DNA of 24,000 nt from Candidatus Nomurabacteria bacterium (lineage in GTDB: Bacteria; Patescibacteriota; Saccharimonadia; Saccharimonadales; UBA7683). Positions 7,142 to 15,796 of this stretch are shown piece after piece; position 1 is the first letter of the stretch; the number at the start of each line of letters is the position of its first letter. Below the pieces are notes generated by a model. That model worked only from the letters and a program-made list of their open reading frames with translations. It made no database searches and was not told the origin of the DNA. A program made the translations under genes and the position numbers. The stretch spans positions 1 through 24,000 of the forward strand of contig JACKGR010000002.1 in the NCBI GenBank assembly GCA_020631895.1, read 5' to 3'.

Positions 7142-7999
7142 ATGCAACCAAATCAACCGACGATACCATCGCAACAACCCATGCAACCCGCTGGACAGCC
7201 AGCGGTACCTTCGCAACCACAGCAAGCAACTGCGCCCCAACAAGAACAGCAGCCACTAAGCCCATCTGTCGCTCCTAAAAACCCAAACAGCACCCAAAAT
7301 ACACTTGAGATTGCAGCCATTCGTGATGGTGTAGTTATCATGAACGACGGAAGTTTTAGATCGGTTGTGATGGCAAAGAGCATTAACTTTGATCTTATGA
7401 GTATTAACGAGCAAGAGGCTGTTGAATTTGCTTATCAGAGCTTTTTAAACTCATTGTATTTTGATATTCAAATCCAAGTCAGATCACGCAAAATTGATAT
7501 GCGACCTTATCTCGAGAAGCTAGGTCACATCAGAACAGAGATGAGTAATATGCTTCTAGGAATGTTGATGGAGGATTATATATACTTTATCGATGACCTT
7601 GTATCGCAAACCAATATCATGAATAAACAATTTTATGTAGTTGTGCCATTTATGCCAATTGTTTCAGCCAGTGGGGCCGTTAATGCCGGAAAAGGACTAG
7701 TTGGAGGGCTTATCGGTGGTAAAAAGAACAAAGGTGTTATAAAAATTGATGAGGTAAATCTAGAAAAAGCCAAGACTGAGCTCACAAACCGAGTCCAGAG
7801 TGTAGTAAGTGGACTGTCAAATCTTGGAGTTCAATCAATACCACTAGACACTCAAGAGCTTATTGAGCTATATTACAATGCATTTAATCCTGATACTGCT
7901 ACACGTCAAACACTAAAGCAAGCTGATCAGTTGGCAGTTCCTGTAGTAACAAAAGGTGAGGGACAAGCGCCCAAGCCAAATCTCGGAGTAGGTTTATAA
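7142..7999 (+). CDS. VirB4 N-terminal-domain-like protein (separate ORF) with Q/P-rich leader
   Basis: 285 aa with no TM segment. After a Q/P-rich leader of about 45 aa comes TLEIAAIRDGVVIMNDGSFRSVVMAKSINFDLMSINEQEAVEFAYQSFLNSLYFDIQIQVRSRKIDMRPYLEKL...FYVVVPF...LDTQELIELYYNAFNP. From memory, this resembles the first 200 aa or so of single-chain Gram-positive VirB4 homologues (Tn916 Orf16 / PrgJ / TcpF type). Its stop overlaps the next start in TAATG (7997-8001). Confidence 0.5.
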   Translation: MQPNQPTIPSQQPMQPAGQPAVPSQPQQATAPQQEQQPLSPSVAPKNPNSTQNTLEIAAIRDGVVIMNDGSFRSVVMAKSINFDLMSINEQEAVEFAYQSFLNSLYFDIQIQVRSRKIDMRPYLEKLGHIRTEMSNMLLGMLMEDYIYFIDDLVSQTNIMNKQFYVVVPFMPIVSASGAVNAGKGLVGGLIGGKKNKGVIKIDEVNLEKAKTELTNRVQSVVSGLSNLGVQSIPLDTQELIELYYNAFNPDTATRQTLKQADQLAVPVVTKGEGQAPKPNLGVGL

Positions 8000-9921
8000 T
8001 GGCTATATTTGGAGGTCAAAAAAACCAAACTGATCCAGTAACGCTGGCCCAACAACAACGTCAGCGTGAACAGCAAGAGGTTGATAGTGCATTCAGACAA
8101 GGTATTTCTGAGATGCGTGATTTTATCGCACCAAGTAGTCTTGAGATTGAATCTAGCTACTTTAGACTAGGCACAATGTACGGACGCTCCTTTTATGTAT
8201 ATGGCTACCCGAGGCAAATCTTTACAGGTTGGCTATCTTCAATCGTAAACATGGATGAAGAGATTGACCTATCAATGTTTATATATCCAGTAGCAAGCCA
8301 AGTTGTTTTAGAGAACTTGCGCAAAAAAGTTAGTCAACTTGAAGCTGGTCTACAAATTGACGCAGAAAAAGGTCGCGTAAGAGATCCGGCTAAACAATCA
8401 GCCATAGTCGACGCCGAGGAACTTAGAGACAGTTTACAAATAGGAGAGGAGAGATTCTTCCGGCTTGGTCTATACATCACGACATATGCAAAGAGCCTTG
8501 AGGAGTTAGATTTTATACAGCACAAGGTCGAGACCGTTCTTGGACAACAACTAATATACTCAAAGCCAGCCACAGTACAGATGGAGCAAGGCCTAAACTC
8601 GACAATGCCACAATTTACTGACCAACTTCAAGTACGCCGAAACATGAATACAGGGGCTCTTGCCACCAGTTTTCCGTTCACCTCAGCAGATTTAACGCAG
8701 GAGAACGGTATTTTGTATGGCATAAATATGCACAATAATGGCCTAGTACTATTTGATAGATTCTCACTAGAAAACGCCAATATGGTGGTCTTTGCCAAAT
8801 CTGGTGCTGGTAAATCATTTGCTGTAAAACTTGAGGCTGTCAGATCAATGATGATGGGTACCGAGATTGTAATTATAGATCCCGAGAATGAGTATGAGCG
8901 ACTATGTGATGCAGTAGGTGGTAGCTATATCAGAATGAGTCTCAGCTCAACAACTCGTGTTAATCCATTTGACCTACCACAAGTTATTGATCAAGATGAT
9001 GCAGATAACGCGCTTAGATCAAATTTAATTACTCTTCACGGTCTAATGAGATTAATGATGGGTGGCGCACTAAGTCCTAACGAAGAGGCTGATCTTGACC
9101 AAGCCCTTATCGATACTTATGCAAAAGCCGGTATAACTGGCGATCCTCTTACCCATCAAACCCCGCCACCAACAATTAATGACCTCTACGAGACGCTACT
9201 TCACATGCAAGGCTCAGGTCCAAGCATGGCTCAGCGACTCAGAAAATATACCACAGGGACATTTGCTGGAATATTCTCACAACAAAGTAATGTTGATATC
9301 AACAACAACATGGTTGTCTTCAACATTCGCGATCTTGAAGATGAACTCCGGCCAGTAGCCATGTATATCGTACTTAATCACATCTGGAACAAAACAAAAT
9401 CTGATAAAAGAAAAAGAAACCTGATTATTGATGAGGCTTGGCAACTTCTTAAGTACCAGGACTCGGCTAATTTTATGTTCTCCCTGGCAAAGCGCGCACG
9501 AAAATACTATTTGGGACTCACAACCATATCTCAGGATGTTGAGGATATGATGAGTTCGCAAACAGGACGAGCTATTGTATCTAACTCGTCGATGCAATTA
9601 CTTCTTAAGCAATCAACCTCGGCTGTTGATGTTCTCTCTGCCGTATTTAAACTTACTGGTGAAGAGAAGAAGCGTCTTAGCCAGTTCCCGGTAGGACAAG
9701 GGTTATTATTTGCCGGACAAAATCACGTCCATATTCAAATCATAGCCAGCCCAACCGAGACCAGCCTTATAAGCACAAACCCGGAGGAGATGCGTAAGGT
9801 TCAAGAGGTTGCCGCTAGAGCACAAGAAGCCTATCAAGTTATGACTCAAGCAAATAACACCGGAAACATCGCCGCAAATCAACATTCAGTCACGCCCACC
9901 CCTGCAGAGCCAACAGAGTAA
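7999..9921 (+). CDS. virB4: VirB4/TrbE/PrgJ-family T4SS ATPase (C-terminal two-thirds of the canonical protein)
   Basis: 640 aa. APSSLEIESSYFRLGTMYGRSFYVYGYPRQIFTGWLSSIV (VirB4 middle-domain pattern). Walker A FAKSGAGKSF. Walker B NLIIDEAWQLL. Downstream TISQDVEDM motif. GGAG lies 10 nt upstream of the ATG. Confidence 0.9.
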   Translation: MAIFGGQKNQTDPVTLAQQQRQREQQEVDSAFRQGISEMRDFIAPSSLEIESSYFRLGTMYGRSFYVYGYPRQIFTGWLSSIVNMDEEIDLSMFIYPVASQVVLENLRKKVSQLEAGLQIDAEKGRVRDPAKQSAIVDAEELRDSLQIGEERFFRLGLYITTYAKSLEELDFIQHKVETVLGQQLIYSKPATVQMEQGLNSTMPQFTDQLQVRRNMNTGALATSFPFTSADLTQENGILYGINMHNNGLVLFDRFSLENANMVVFAKSGAGKSFAVKLEAVRSMMMGTEIVIIDPENEYERLCDAVGGSYIRMSLSSTTRVNPFDLPQVIDQDDADNALRSNLITLHGLMRLMMGGALSPNEEADLDQALIDTYAKAGITGDPLTHQTPPPTINDLYETLLHMQGSGPSMAQRLRKYTTGTFAGIFSQQSNVDINNNMVVFNIRDLEDELRPVAMYIVLNHIWNKTKSDKRKRNLIIDEAWQLLKYQDSANFMFSLAKRARKYYLGLTTISQDVEDMMSSQTGRAIVSNSSMQLLLKQSTSAVDVLSAVFKLTGEEKKRLSQFPVGQGLLFAGQNHVHIQIIASPTETSLISTNPEEMRKVQEVAARAQEAYQVMTQANNTGNIAANQHSVTPTPAEPTE

Positions 9922-9941
9922 TGGTATACTAAGCGGTATAT

Positions 9942-12900
9942 ATGGACGACGACAAAGGCTCAAGTACAGATCTGTTAGAAAGACCAGATTCTGATGATGC
10001 TGGTCCTTCTTTAGGCGACAGAGCGTCGGGTATTGGTGACGGTGTTAGATCAGCAGCAGACTCAGCAAAAAAGGTTATCGGAAAAGCGTCAGGTGGCAGT
10101 GGTGATGGTCTAGGAAGTTCACTAGCTGGTGGCCTTAGTAGTCTAGCTGGACATGGAAGCGCGGGTAATAGTATTGATGGAATAAAGCCAAAGTTGCCAG
10201 GAGTTGCAGGTGGCGATGGGGCTGATAAAACTCCAGGCATGTTTAAGGGTCTCGAGGGTGGAGCAAACCCTGCTAACAAAAACGATACAAGTGGCGATTC
10301 CGAAAACCCCAGTGCCAAAGATTTTGCCAGGAAGGCCGGTAAAAATGCTAGTCAGAAAGTAGAACAAGCTGCAAAAGACATCGCTCAAACTGCCAAAGAG
10401 GTCAAGCATGCCGCTACTGCGGTTGCCACTCTTGGTGCAAACGCTTTAGATGATGCGGAGCTGGCTAAAGATCTTGCGCAAGCAGCCTTGCACCCGATAC
10501 AAACCGCTAAACGTTATGGACGGGTTGCTCTATATCTAATCGGCTTCTTTTTTATTCAGACTTTTATTGTCTTTGCGGCAATTGGTGTTATCTTCTTTGG
10601 AATATACAAGGTTTATCTAATGACAATGGATATTGTAAACATAAATCCTACAGATGTAGTGACAGAGCTCCGCGTAGAAAACGAGATGGCAAGTTGGCTA
10701 ATATCCTCAGTTGGTGATTTGGCATATCAGCGTGATATAGCAGCCCAAAGACAGCCTGGAGTGGCCGTCGCACAAAATCGACCTAACTTGCCCGAGCCGC
10801 AAAGTAGCCCAGAAACTTCAAAAATGTTCCAGACTTGGGATAATGCAGGTCTTGCTGCAAAATTTATGGATGAATACCACGCAAGATTTGAACCATCTAA
10901 TGGATCTGCAGCAGGAGATAGCACTAATCCAGGAAATTGGGATCTTATTGTCGGTAATAAAAATTTTGGCAACGTTAACGGTACAAAAGCTCGGGCATTT
11001 ATCTCAATATTTGCCGACCACACAACACACTGGAGAGATATCTACACCAGAGAGGCACTACAAGGCGTAGCGACAAACTCATTTGATACCCAATCGTTTA
11101 AACTTAATTTGCCTGATCCAGAATACAATATAGGAAACAGCAGAGTTAATACAACAAAACAACTCGTCAGCAGCACGGCCAAACCGATAACCAGTAAGTC
11201 TATCACCTATTACAATTGTTTAATTGCGGGAGGTGATAGCTGTAACTCCTTAGGATTAGGATCAACTGGCTCACCAACAAACGTATCGACCGATGCCTCT
11301 GGTGGTATAGTTTCAACAATAATTAGTAACTTAAGAAACGATATTAGAACCAGAGTTCTACAAAACACAGTCGGTGTTGAACAAATTGGTCAATATGCTA
11401 GTAGCACTGCCGAACAAGTTACACCCGAGACCAGCACATATGACACCAAACGAATCCTATCAGCTAATATCAGAACAGGGTCATCAGACACAATTTTATC
11501 CAACCTTCCTAAAGATGCCAACGGAGCCCCTAAAAATAGCGCCCTGCTAGATCTTTATGATAGATATAGAGAATCTGTAAATAATGATAACTTCTCAAGA
11601 GTAAACTATGATAGAGAATCTCGACAGAGTGTTGCTCTAGCGGAGAACTACTTCGTTGCCGGGGGACAACTTGTAAATAACGAGATGGGTTTACTAGATA
11701 GCTGGGCACTAACCGAGAATCTAAGTATTGTTACACAGTCACCATTGTTTAGACGGGCGGTTATCGGCAACCCAATCGGGGTCTTTGCAGAGGACGAGGC
11801 AGATGATGGAGTAAGGTCGTGCCAAAAGATATATAATGATCTATCACCTGTAGGAGACATATCGGACAACCTAGATCGCGACACTACAAACAACTCTTGC
11901 TTCAGGCTTGCACTAGTTCCTGATAAGGCCACTGTTTTGAGCGATAGATCAGCAAATAGAATTTATAACATACTTGAGGAGAAAAATGAGGAAGTTAATA
12001 AATCCAACGGAGTGTTTAGTGTTGGTGATGCACTAAATGCCGCTTTGCAAAGATACAATAACCGAGAGATAAGATCATCTCCACTAGCGACTGAGAGCAT
12101 TAAGGTGGCTCAAGATTTAAGTCCAGATTTTGATGGATATACAAATAATGTTTATGGAGTATCTAAGACAGGTGCTGAAATCAACGGTGATGCTTACGAT
12201 AGTATGAGGCTGGCTGCCGAAGCTCTTTGGACCAAGGCATTGATCGACGATCAAGTTGGTATTGGCGCCAGCTACCAAACCGATGAACAGACAGCAGAAG
12301 TTATGCGTTATGCCCAGAAAATTGATCGCGAGAAGATGGCATTTAAACCTCTGGGGGAACGATTGTTCTCACTTAAGGATTCTAAATCACTAACGGCAAA
12401 GCTTGCCATGATGACGCCAACCAACAAAAAAGATGGGTTAAAGAGCACACTAGCCCTGTTAAAGCCGAGTAACCTTACATCTGCCGTAGCTAGTCGAATG
12501 GTGCCATCAACTTTTGCCCAGGACACAGCCCCAGTTAATCCCCTAAATGCTATCAGAACTGGATATGCACTGGATGATCCATCAAACAGAATGTCAGGTG
12601 ATCAAATTTGGCAACAATATAGCTGCGACTCTGGCGGTCCGACTCAATCAGAGTCTCAACCAAATGGAGTTCCCTTTAATATAGCTACAAATACAAACCC
12701 CTGTAAACGTGAGGCTGTGCTCTCAAGAATCACCACCTGTTACTTTGATACAGAGGATAGTTGCTCTATGGTTGGTAGTGGGTCTACACCAACGCCAGCA
12801 GCAACAACCAGTGGTACCGTTGGAGACATTGGCGAGAGCTCTGATAGCGTACCGTGTGCTGAAGGATCAAATGACATCGGTAATGTAGAATCTCGATACG

Positions 12901-13388
12901 CGGGGTCACTCAGAAAAGATATTCCTCTTATTATTAAGTTGTGTCAGGTACCTGATATTGGAGGACGTGGCAATGATACTAGTGGTAACAATATCGAGGG
13001 TGGAATTGTTGTAAACTCTCGAGTATCCGGTGCCTGGGTGGCTCTCGGTAGAGCAGCCAAATCAGCCTCACCAGCTATCAATCTAACTGGTAGTTCATTC
13101 AGACTAGCCGACTCCTGCGGCGGGGGAGGCGACGGATCGCTTTGCGCCCGACCAGGCACATCTATGCATCAGCTTGGTATTGCGGTAGATTTTAGCGATA
13201 TGGGGTCCAGTGGTGGTAGTACATCAAGTTGTAGTGGCAGAAAAGGTGCTCGAGGTGATCCAAGATGGGATTGGTTATTTAGCAATGCCCAGAACTACGG
13301 AATCAAACAGTATTCCTACGAACCATGGCATTGGGACACAAACCCAGGAGCAAATAGATGTGACAGTTCGTCACCGGCGGTATACTAA
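9942..13388 (+). CDS. bitopic T4SS-associated protein with C-terminal VanY/M15-type (LAS) peptidoglycan peptidase domain
   Basis: 1148 aa. The N-terminal 195 aa or so are G/S/D/A-rich and Cys-free. One TM segment follows (VALYLIGFFFIQTFIVFAAIGVIFFGIY). The ectodomain of about 900 aa has 14 Cys. The C-terminus SFRLADSC...ARPGTSMHQLGIAVDFS...NAQNYGIKQYSYEPWHWD carries the VanY-type H-x6-D and E-x-W-H zinc motifs. Confidence 0.75.
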   Translation: MDDDKGSSTDLLERPDSDDAGPSLGDRASGIGDGVRSAADSAKKVIGKASGGSGDGLGSSLAGGLSSLAGHGSAGNSIDGIKPKLPGVAGGDGADKTPGMFKGLEGGANPANKNDTSGDSENPSAKDFARKAGKNASQKVEQAAKDIAQTAKEVKHAATAVATLGANALDDAELAKDLAQAALHPIQTAKRYGRVALYLIGFFFIQTFIVFAAIGVIFFGIYKVYLMTMDIVNINPTDVVTELRVENEMASWLISSVGDLAYQRDIAAQRQPGVAVAQNRPNLPEPQSSPETSKMFQTWDNAGLAAKFMDEYHARFEPSNGSAAGDSTNPGNWDLIVGNKNFGNVNGTKARAFISIFADHTTHWRDIYTREALQGVATNSFDTQSFKLNLPDPEYNIGNSRVNTTKQLVSSTAKPITSKSITYYNCLIAGGDSCNSLGLGSTGSPTNVSTDASGGIVSTIISNLRNDIRTRVLQNTVGVEQIGQYASSTAEQVTPETSTYDTKRILSANIRTGSSDTILSNLPKDANGAPKNSALLDLYDRYRESVNNDNFSRVNYDRESRQSVALAENYFVAGGQLVNNEMGLLDSWALTENLSIVTQSPLFRRAVIGNPIGVFAEDEADDGVRSCQKIYNDLSPVGDISDNLDRDTTNNSCFRLALVPDKATVLSDRSANRIYNILEEKNEEVNKSNGVFSVGDALNAALQRYNNREIRSSPLATESIKVAQDLSPDFDGYTNNVYGVSKTGAEINGDAYDSMRLAAEALWTKALIDDQVGIGASYQTDEQTAEVMRYAQKIDREKMAFKPLGERLFSLKDSKSLTAKLAMMTPTNKKDGLKSTLALLKPSNLTSAVASRMVPSTFAQDTAPVNPLNAIRTGYALDDPSNRMSGDQIWQQYSCDSGGPTQSESQPNGVPFNIATNTNPCKREAVLSRITTCYFDTEDSCSMVGSGSTPTPAATTSGTVGDIGESSDSVPCAEGSNDIGNVESRYAGSLRKDIPLIIKLCQVPDIGGRGNDTSGNNIEGGIVVNSRVSGAWVALGRAAKSASPAINLTGSSFRLADSCGGGGDGSLCARPGTSMHQLGIAVDFSDMGSSGGSTSSCSGRKGARGDPRWDWLFSNAQNYGIKQYSYEPWHWDTNPGANRCDSSSPAVY

Positions 13389-15796
13389 TGAGTAATATGA
13401 AAATGAGAATAAAAAGAGCCTTCAAACTAGCATTTCAGATTTCTGCCTTGGTCTTATTTATACTATTTAGTCTAAATACACCACCTGCTGACGTAATCAG
13501 TCCGGTGGCTCGGGCAATATCAGAGTGTGACAAATTTGCGATCGATAAAGGCTCAATACTAGCCGACAACGAACTATGTCAACCATGTACCGACAATACC
13601 GATAATGCCATATCTAAGAAGGTGTTTGTAATAGGTGATTCGCTTACTAAGGCCATGAGGGATGATGGTCAAATGCAAGCTAAACTTGAGAGCAGAAACT
13701 TTGAGGTTACAAAGATAGAGGGGAATAATGGATTTAATATAAATGATTCACTTCCATTAATCGATTCCGATGCAAACGAAATTAGCCAGGCTGATATTGT
13801 GGTTATAGGTCTTGGTACAAATCCTGAACCAAATTTTGGGCAGAAGGTACCCGAAATGATAACCAAAGTAAAACAGAAGGCACCAAATGCTCAGATATTT
13901 TGGACAAACGTTCATGTTCAACCAGGCGCGTATATCGACCCTTCATTTTTAGGTAATAATAGAATAAATCAAATTTTAGAGACCAAAAGCCAGTCAGAAG
14001 GCTTTACAGTAATCGATTGGGACAAAGAGGTGACCGACAATCCTAACCCTTACCCTTTTCTAGGAGACGGCGTGCATCACACTCCTGAGGGTTCGGTTGC
14101 AAGATCAGATTTTATTGCAAGTGCGCTTCCACAATCTGAAGATCCTTCTGAGCCAAGTGGCACGGGATCTACACAAGAGTTAGCCTCTCAAATGATCAGC
14201 AACGGCAATATTACCTACTGGGAGAATAATGGCGTAAACACAAGAGATGTAGTTGTTGCTCTGTCAGAAGGGAGAAAAGCGTTTACCACCTCTAATGATC
14301 CACTCGCCGTAGAGAATCGCGAGGTAGACATCAATCCAAACATTCTAAGCTTTATATTAGAAGCTGCTAAAACTGGTCCTATAATGGTAAACGCGCTTAC
14401 TGATAAAGATCACTCATCAAACTCAAACCACTATAAAGGCAAAGCAGTGGATCTACAAAACAGCGGCCCAAACACTCAAGCAGTATCTGTATACGATGCC
14501 GCTGCGCAAAAGTTTGGAGGCGTCAGAAACAGCGAGACCACTCACTGGCACTATGACTTCACCTCTGACGCAACAGCCATCCCTGTCGGGAATAATAACG
14601 ACACAGCTAATCCCTCATGCTGTTCAAACTCTGGTGGAACAGGCACTTTAACAGGTGCTAATAATGAGGAGAAGATATTTAACTACCTGTCATCCGGTAA
14701 AGGAATAAATGCCATACAGGCAGCTGGAATAATGGGTAACATGAAGATGGAGTCCAGTTTTAACCCAACAGCTCTAGAATCTGGTGGTACCGGAAGAGGC
14801 TTGGTTCAGTGGTCATTTGGTAGAAGAACCAATCTAGAGACTGCCGCCACTGCTGCAAATGTTGACCTCTCTATAGACGATGATGCCAATATATTATTCC
14901 AGCTCGACTATATGATTAATGAATCAAAAGGCCGAGATTCTATTACCTTCGATGGCGTTAAAGAATGGGACGGTTTAGCCAGAACTACCCGGGTTGATAC
15001 ATTTGATGAGACCCAGGGATCAACAATCTACTGGGAGGCTAACTTTGAGAGACCAAAAAATCCCGGTCAAAAATCTAGAATCGACGCTGCTATAGACATA
15101 ATGACTCGACTTGGAGGCGGTGGTGGTGGAGGAGGGGGTGTTGTTACTCAAGTATCTACAACAACTCAGTCCAACTGCCCAGGAGCAGGCTCAAGTATGG
15201 TATGCGAAGGGAACGGTACGGTACCACTACCAGACGGTATTGATATAACATTCTTTAATTCCCACAACCACCACCAATCAGTCAGTTACCCTGGAGGATC
15301 TAATAGACACAGACCACTTCTTGGAAACTTTGGTGCTTACGGAACTGAAAGTGTAACCAAAAACGGCCCAGGAACCGGCGAAGCTGTAGATGTTGGTGCC
15401 CCACCGGGAACAGCCGTACTAGCTCCCGTAGATGGTAAAGTCACCTATTCTGACGGCGTAAGTGGTCGTGGAGATTCTGATAAAGCTGTAGTCATCGAAT
15501 CTACTAATAAAAAATGTGCTGCAACTTTAGCGCACATGCAACCGACAGTATCAGAAGGGGATATGGTAACTGCAGGTCAAGAGATTGGCACGCTTACAAA
15601 TATGGCCAACTCACACCTTCACTTCGAACTTTGGGTTGATGGCGAGCCAATAAATATTGGTCCGGACAGCAGTCCGTGTGGATTAGGTGAGGATCCTTGT
15701 GATAACTTCTCAGACGAAGCCGAGCAAATATGGAATAAACAAAAAGAGGCGTTAACTAATTCAGCAGCAGGAGCATCAGATGTTATATCACTTTAA
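13388..15796 (+). CDS. secreted four-module cell-wall hydrolase: SGNH/GDSL esterase + LAS (M15-like) peptidase + tail-lysozyme-like domain + M23-like peptidase
   Basis: 802 aa with an N-terminal signal/anchor (FQISALVLFILFSL).
- SGNH blocks: VFVIGDSLT, VVIGLGTN, DGVHHTPEG.
- LAS motifs: SNHYKGKAVD (H-x6-D) and THWHYD (H-x-H).
- Lysozyme-like: AIQAAGIMGNMKMESSFNPTALESGGTGRGLVQWSFGRRTNLE.
- Gly9 linker.
- M23-like: PPGTAVLAPVDGKV...ATLAHMQPTVSEGDMVTAGQEIGTLTNMANSHLHFELWVDGEPIN. The usual first H of the HxxxD motif is not evident (GEAVD).
The start overlaps the previous stop in TAATG (13386-13390). ATGs at 13397 and 13403 are alternative starts. Confidence 0.8.
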   Translation: MSNMKMRIKRAFKLAFQISALVLFILFSLNTPPADVISPVARAISECDKFAIDKGSILADNELCQPCTDNTDNAISKKVFVIGDSLTKAMRDDGQMQAKLESRNFEVTKIEGNNGFNINDSLPLIDSDANEISQADIVVIGLGTNPEPNFGQKVPEMITKVKQKAPNAQIFWTNVHVQPGAYIDPSFLGNNRINQILETKSQSEGFTVIDWDKEVTDNPNPYPFLGDGVHHTPEGSVARSDFIASALPQSEDPSEPSGTGSTQELASQMISNGNITYWENNGVNTRDVVVALSEGRKAFTTSNDPLAVENREVDINPNILSFILEAAKTGPIMVNALTDKDHSSNSNHYKGKAVDLQNSGPNTQAVSVYDAAAQKFGGVRNSETTHWHYDFTSDATAIPVGNNNDTANPSCCSNSGGTGTLTGANNEEKIFNYLSSGKGINAIQAAGIMGNMKMESSFNPTALESGGTGRGLVQWSFGRRTNLETAATAANVDLSIDDDANILFQLDYMINESKGRDSITFDGVKEWDGLARTTRVDTFDETQGSTIYWEANFERPKNPGQKSRIDAAIDIMTRLGGGGGGGGGVVTQVSTTTQSNCPGAGSSMVCEGNGTVPLPDGIDITFFNSHNHHQSVSYPGGSNRHRPLLGNFGAYGTESVTKNGPGTGEAVDVGAPPGTAVLAPVDGKVTYSDGVSGRGDSDKAVVIESTNKKCAATLAHMQPTVSEGDMVTAGQEIGTLTNMANSHLHFELWVDGEPINIGPDSSPCGLGEDPCDNFSDEAEQIWNKQKEALTNSAAGASDVISL

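Noticed and set aside
9923-9940. Shared motif GGTATACTAA / GCGGTATA just upstream of both hydrolase starts (9923-9940 and 13377-13388)
   Set aside because: It is only 8-10 nt long, and matches of this length are expected by chance many times in 24 kb. The second copy lies inside coding sequence (…SPAVY stop). The positional coincidence is noted but is insufficient to call a regulatory element.
9929-10318. 129-aa minus-strand ORF. Other antisense ORFs occur inside the large + strand genes at 3169..3417, 3727..3948, 4620..5054, 5212..5634, 6484..6747, 7153..7383, 8334..8573, 9277..9597, 10143..10409, 10727..11023, 11648..11932, 12308..12526, 12944..13159 and 13669..13866.
   Set aside because: They are embedded antisense in long ORFs with recognisable domains. 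The compositions are Pro/Ser/Cys-rich mirror images of G/S/A-rich or Q/P-rich sense regions. None has ribosome-binding context.
15112-15145. Gly9 tract in the hydrolase, considered as a possible slippage or phase-variation site
   Set aside because: The glycines are encoded by mixed codons (GGA GGC GGT GGT GGT GGA GGA GGG GGT) with no long homopolymer. It is more likely a flexible interdomain linker.
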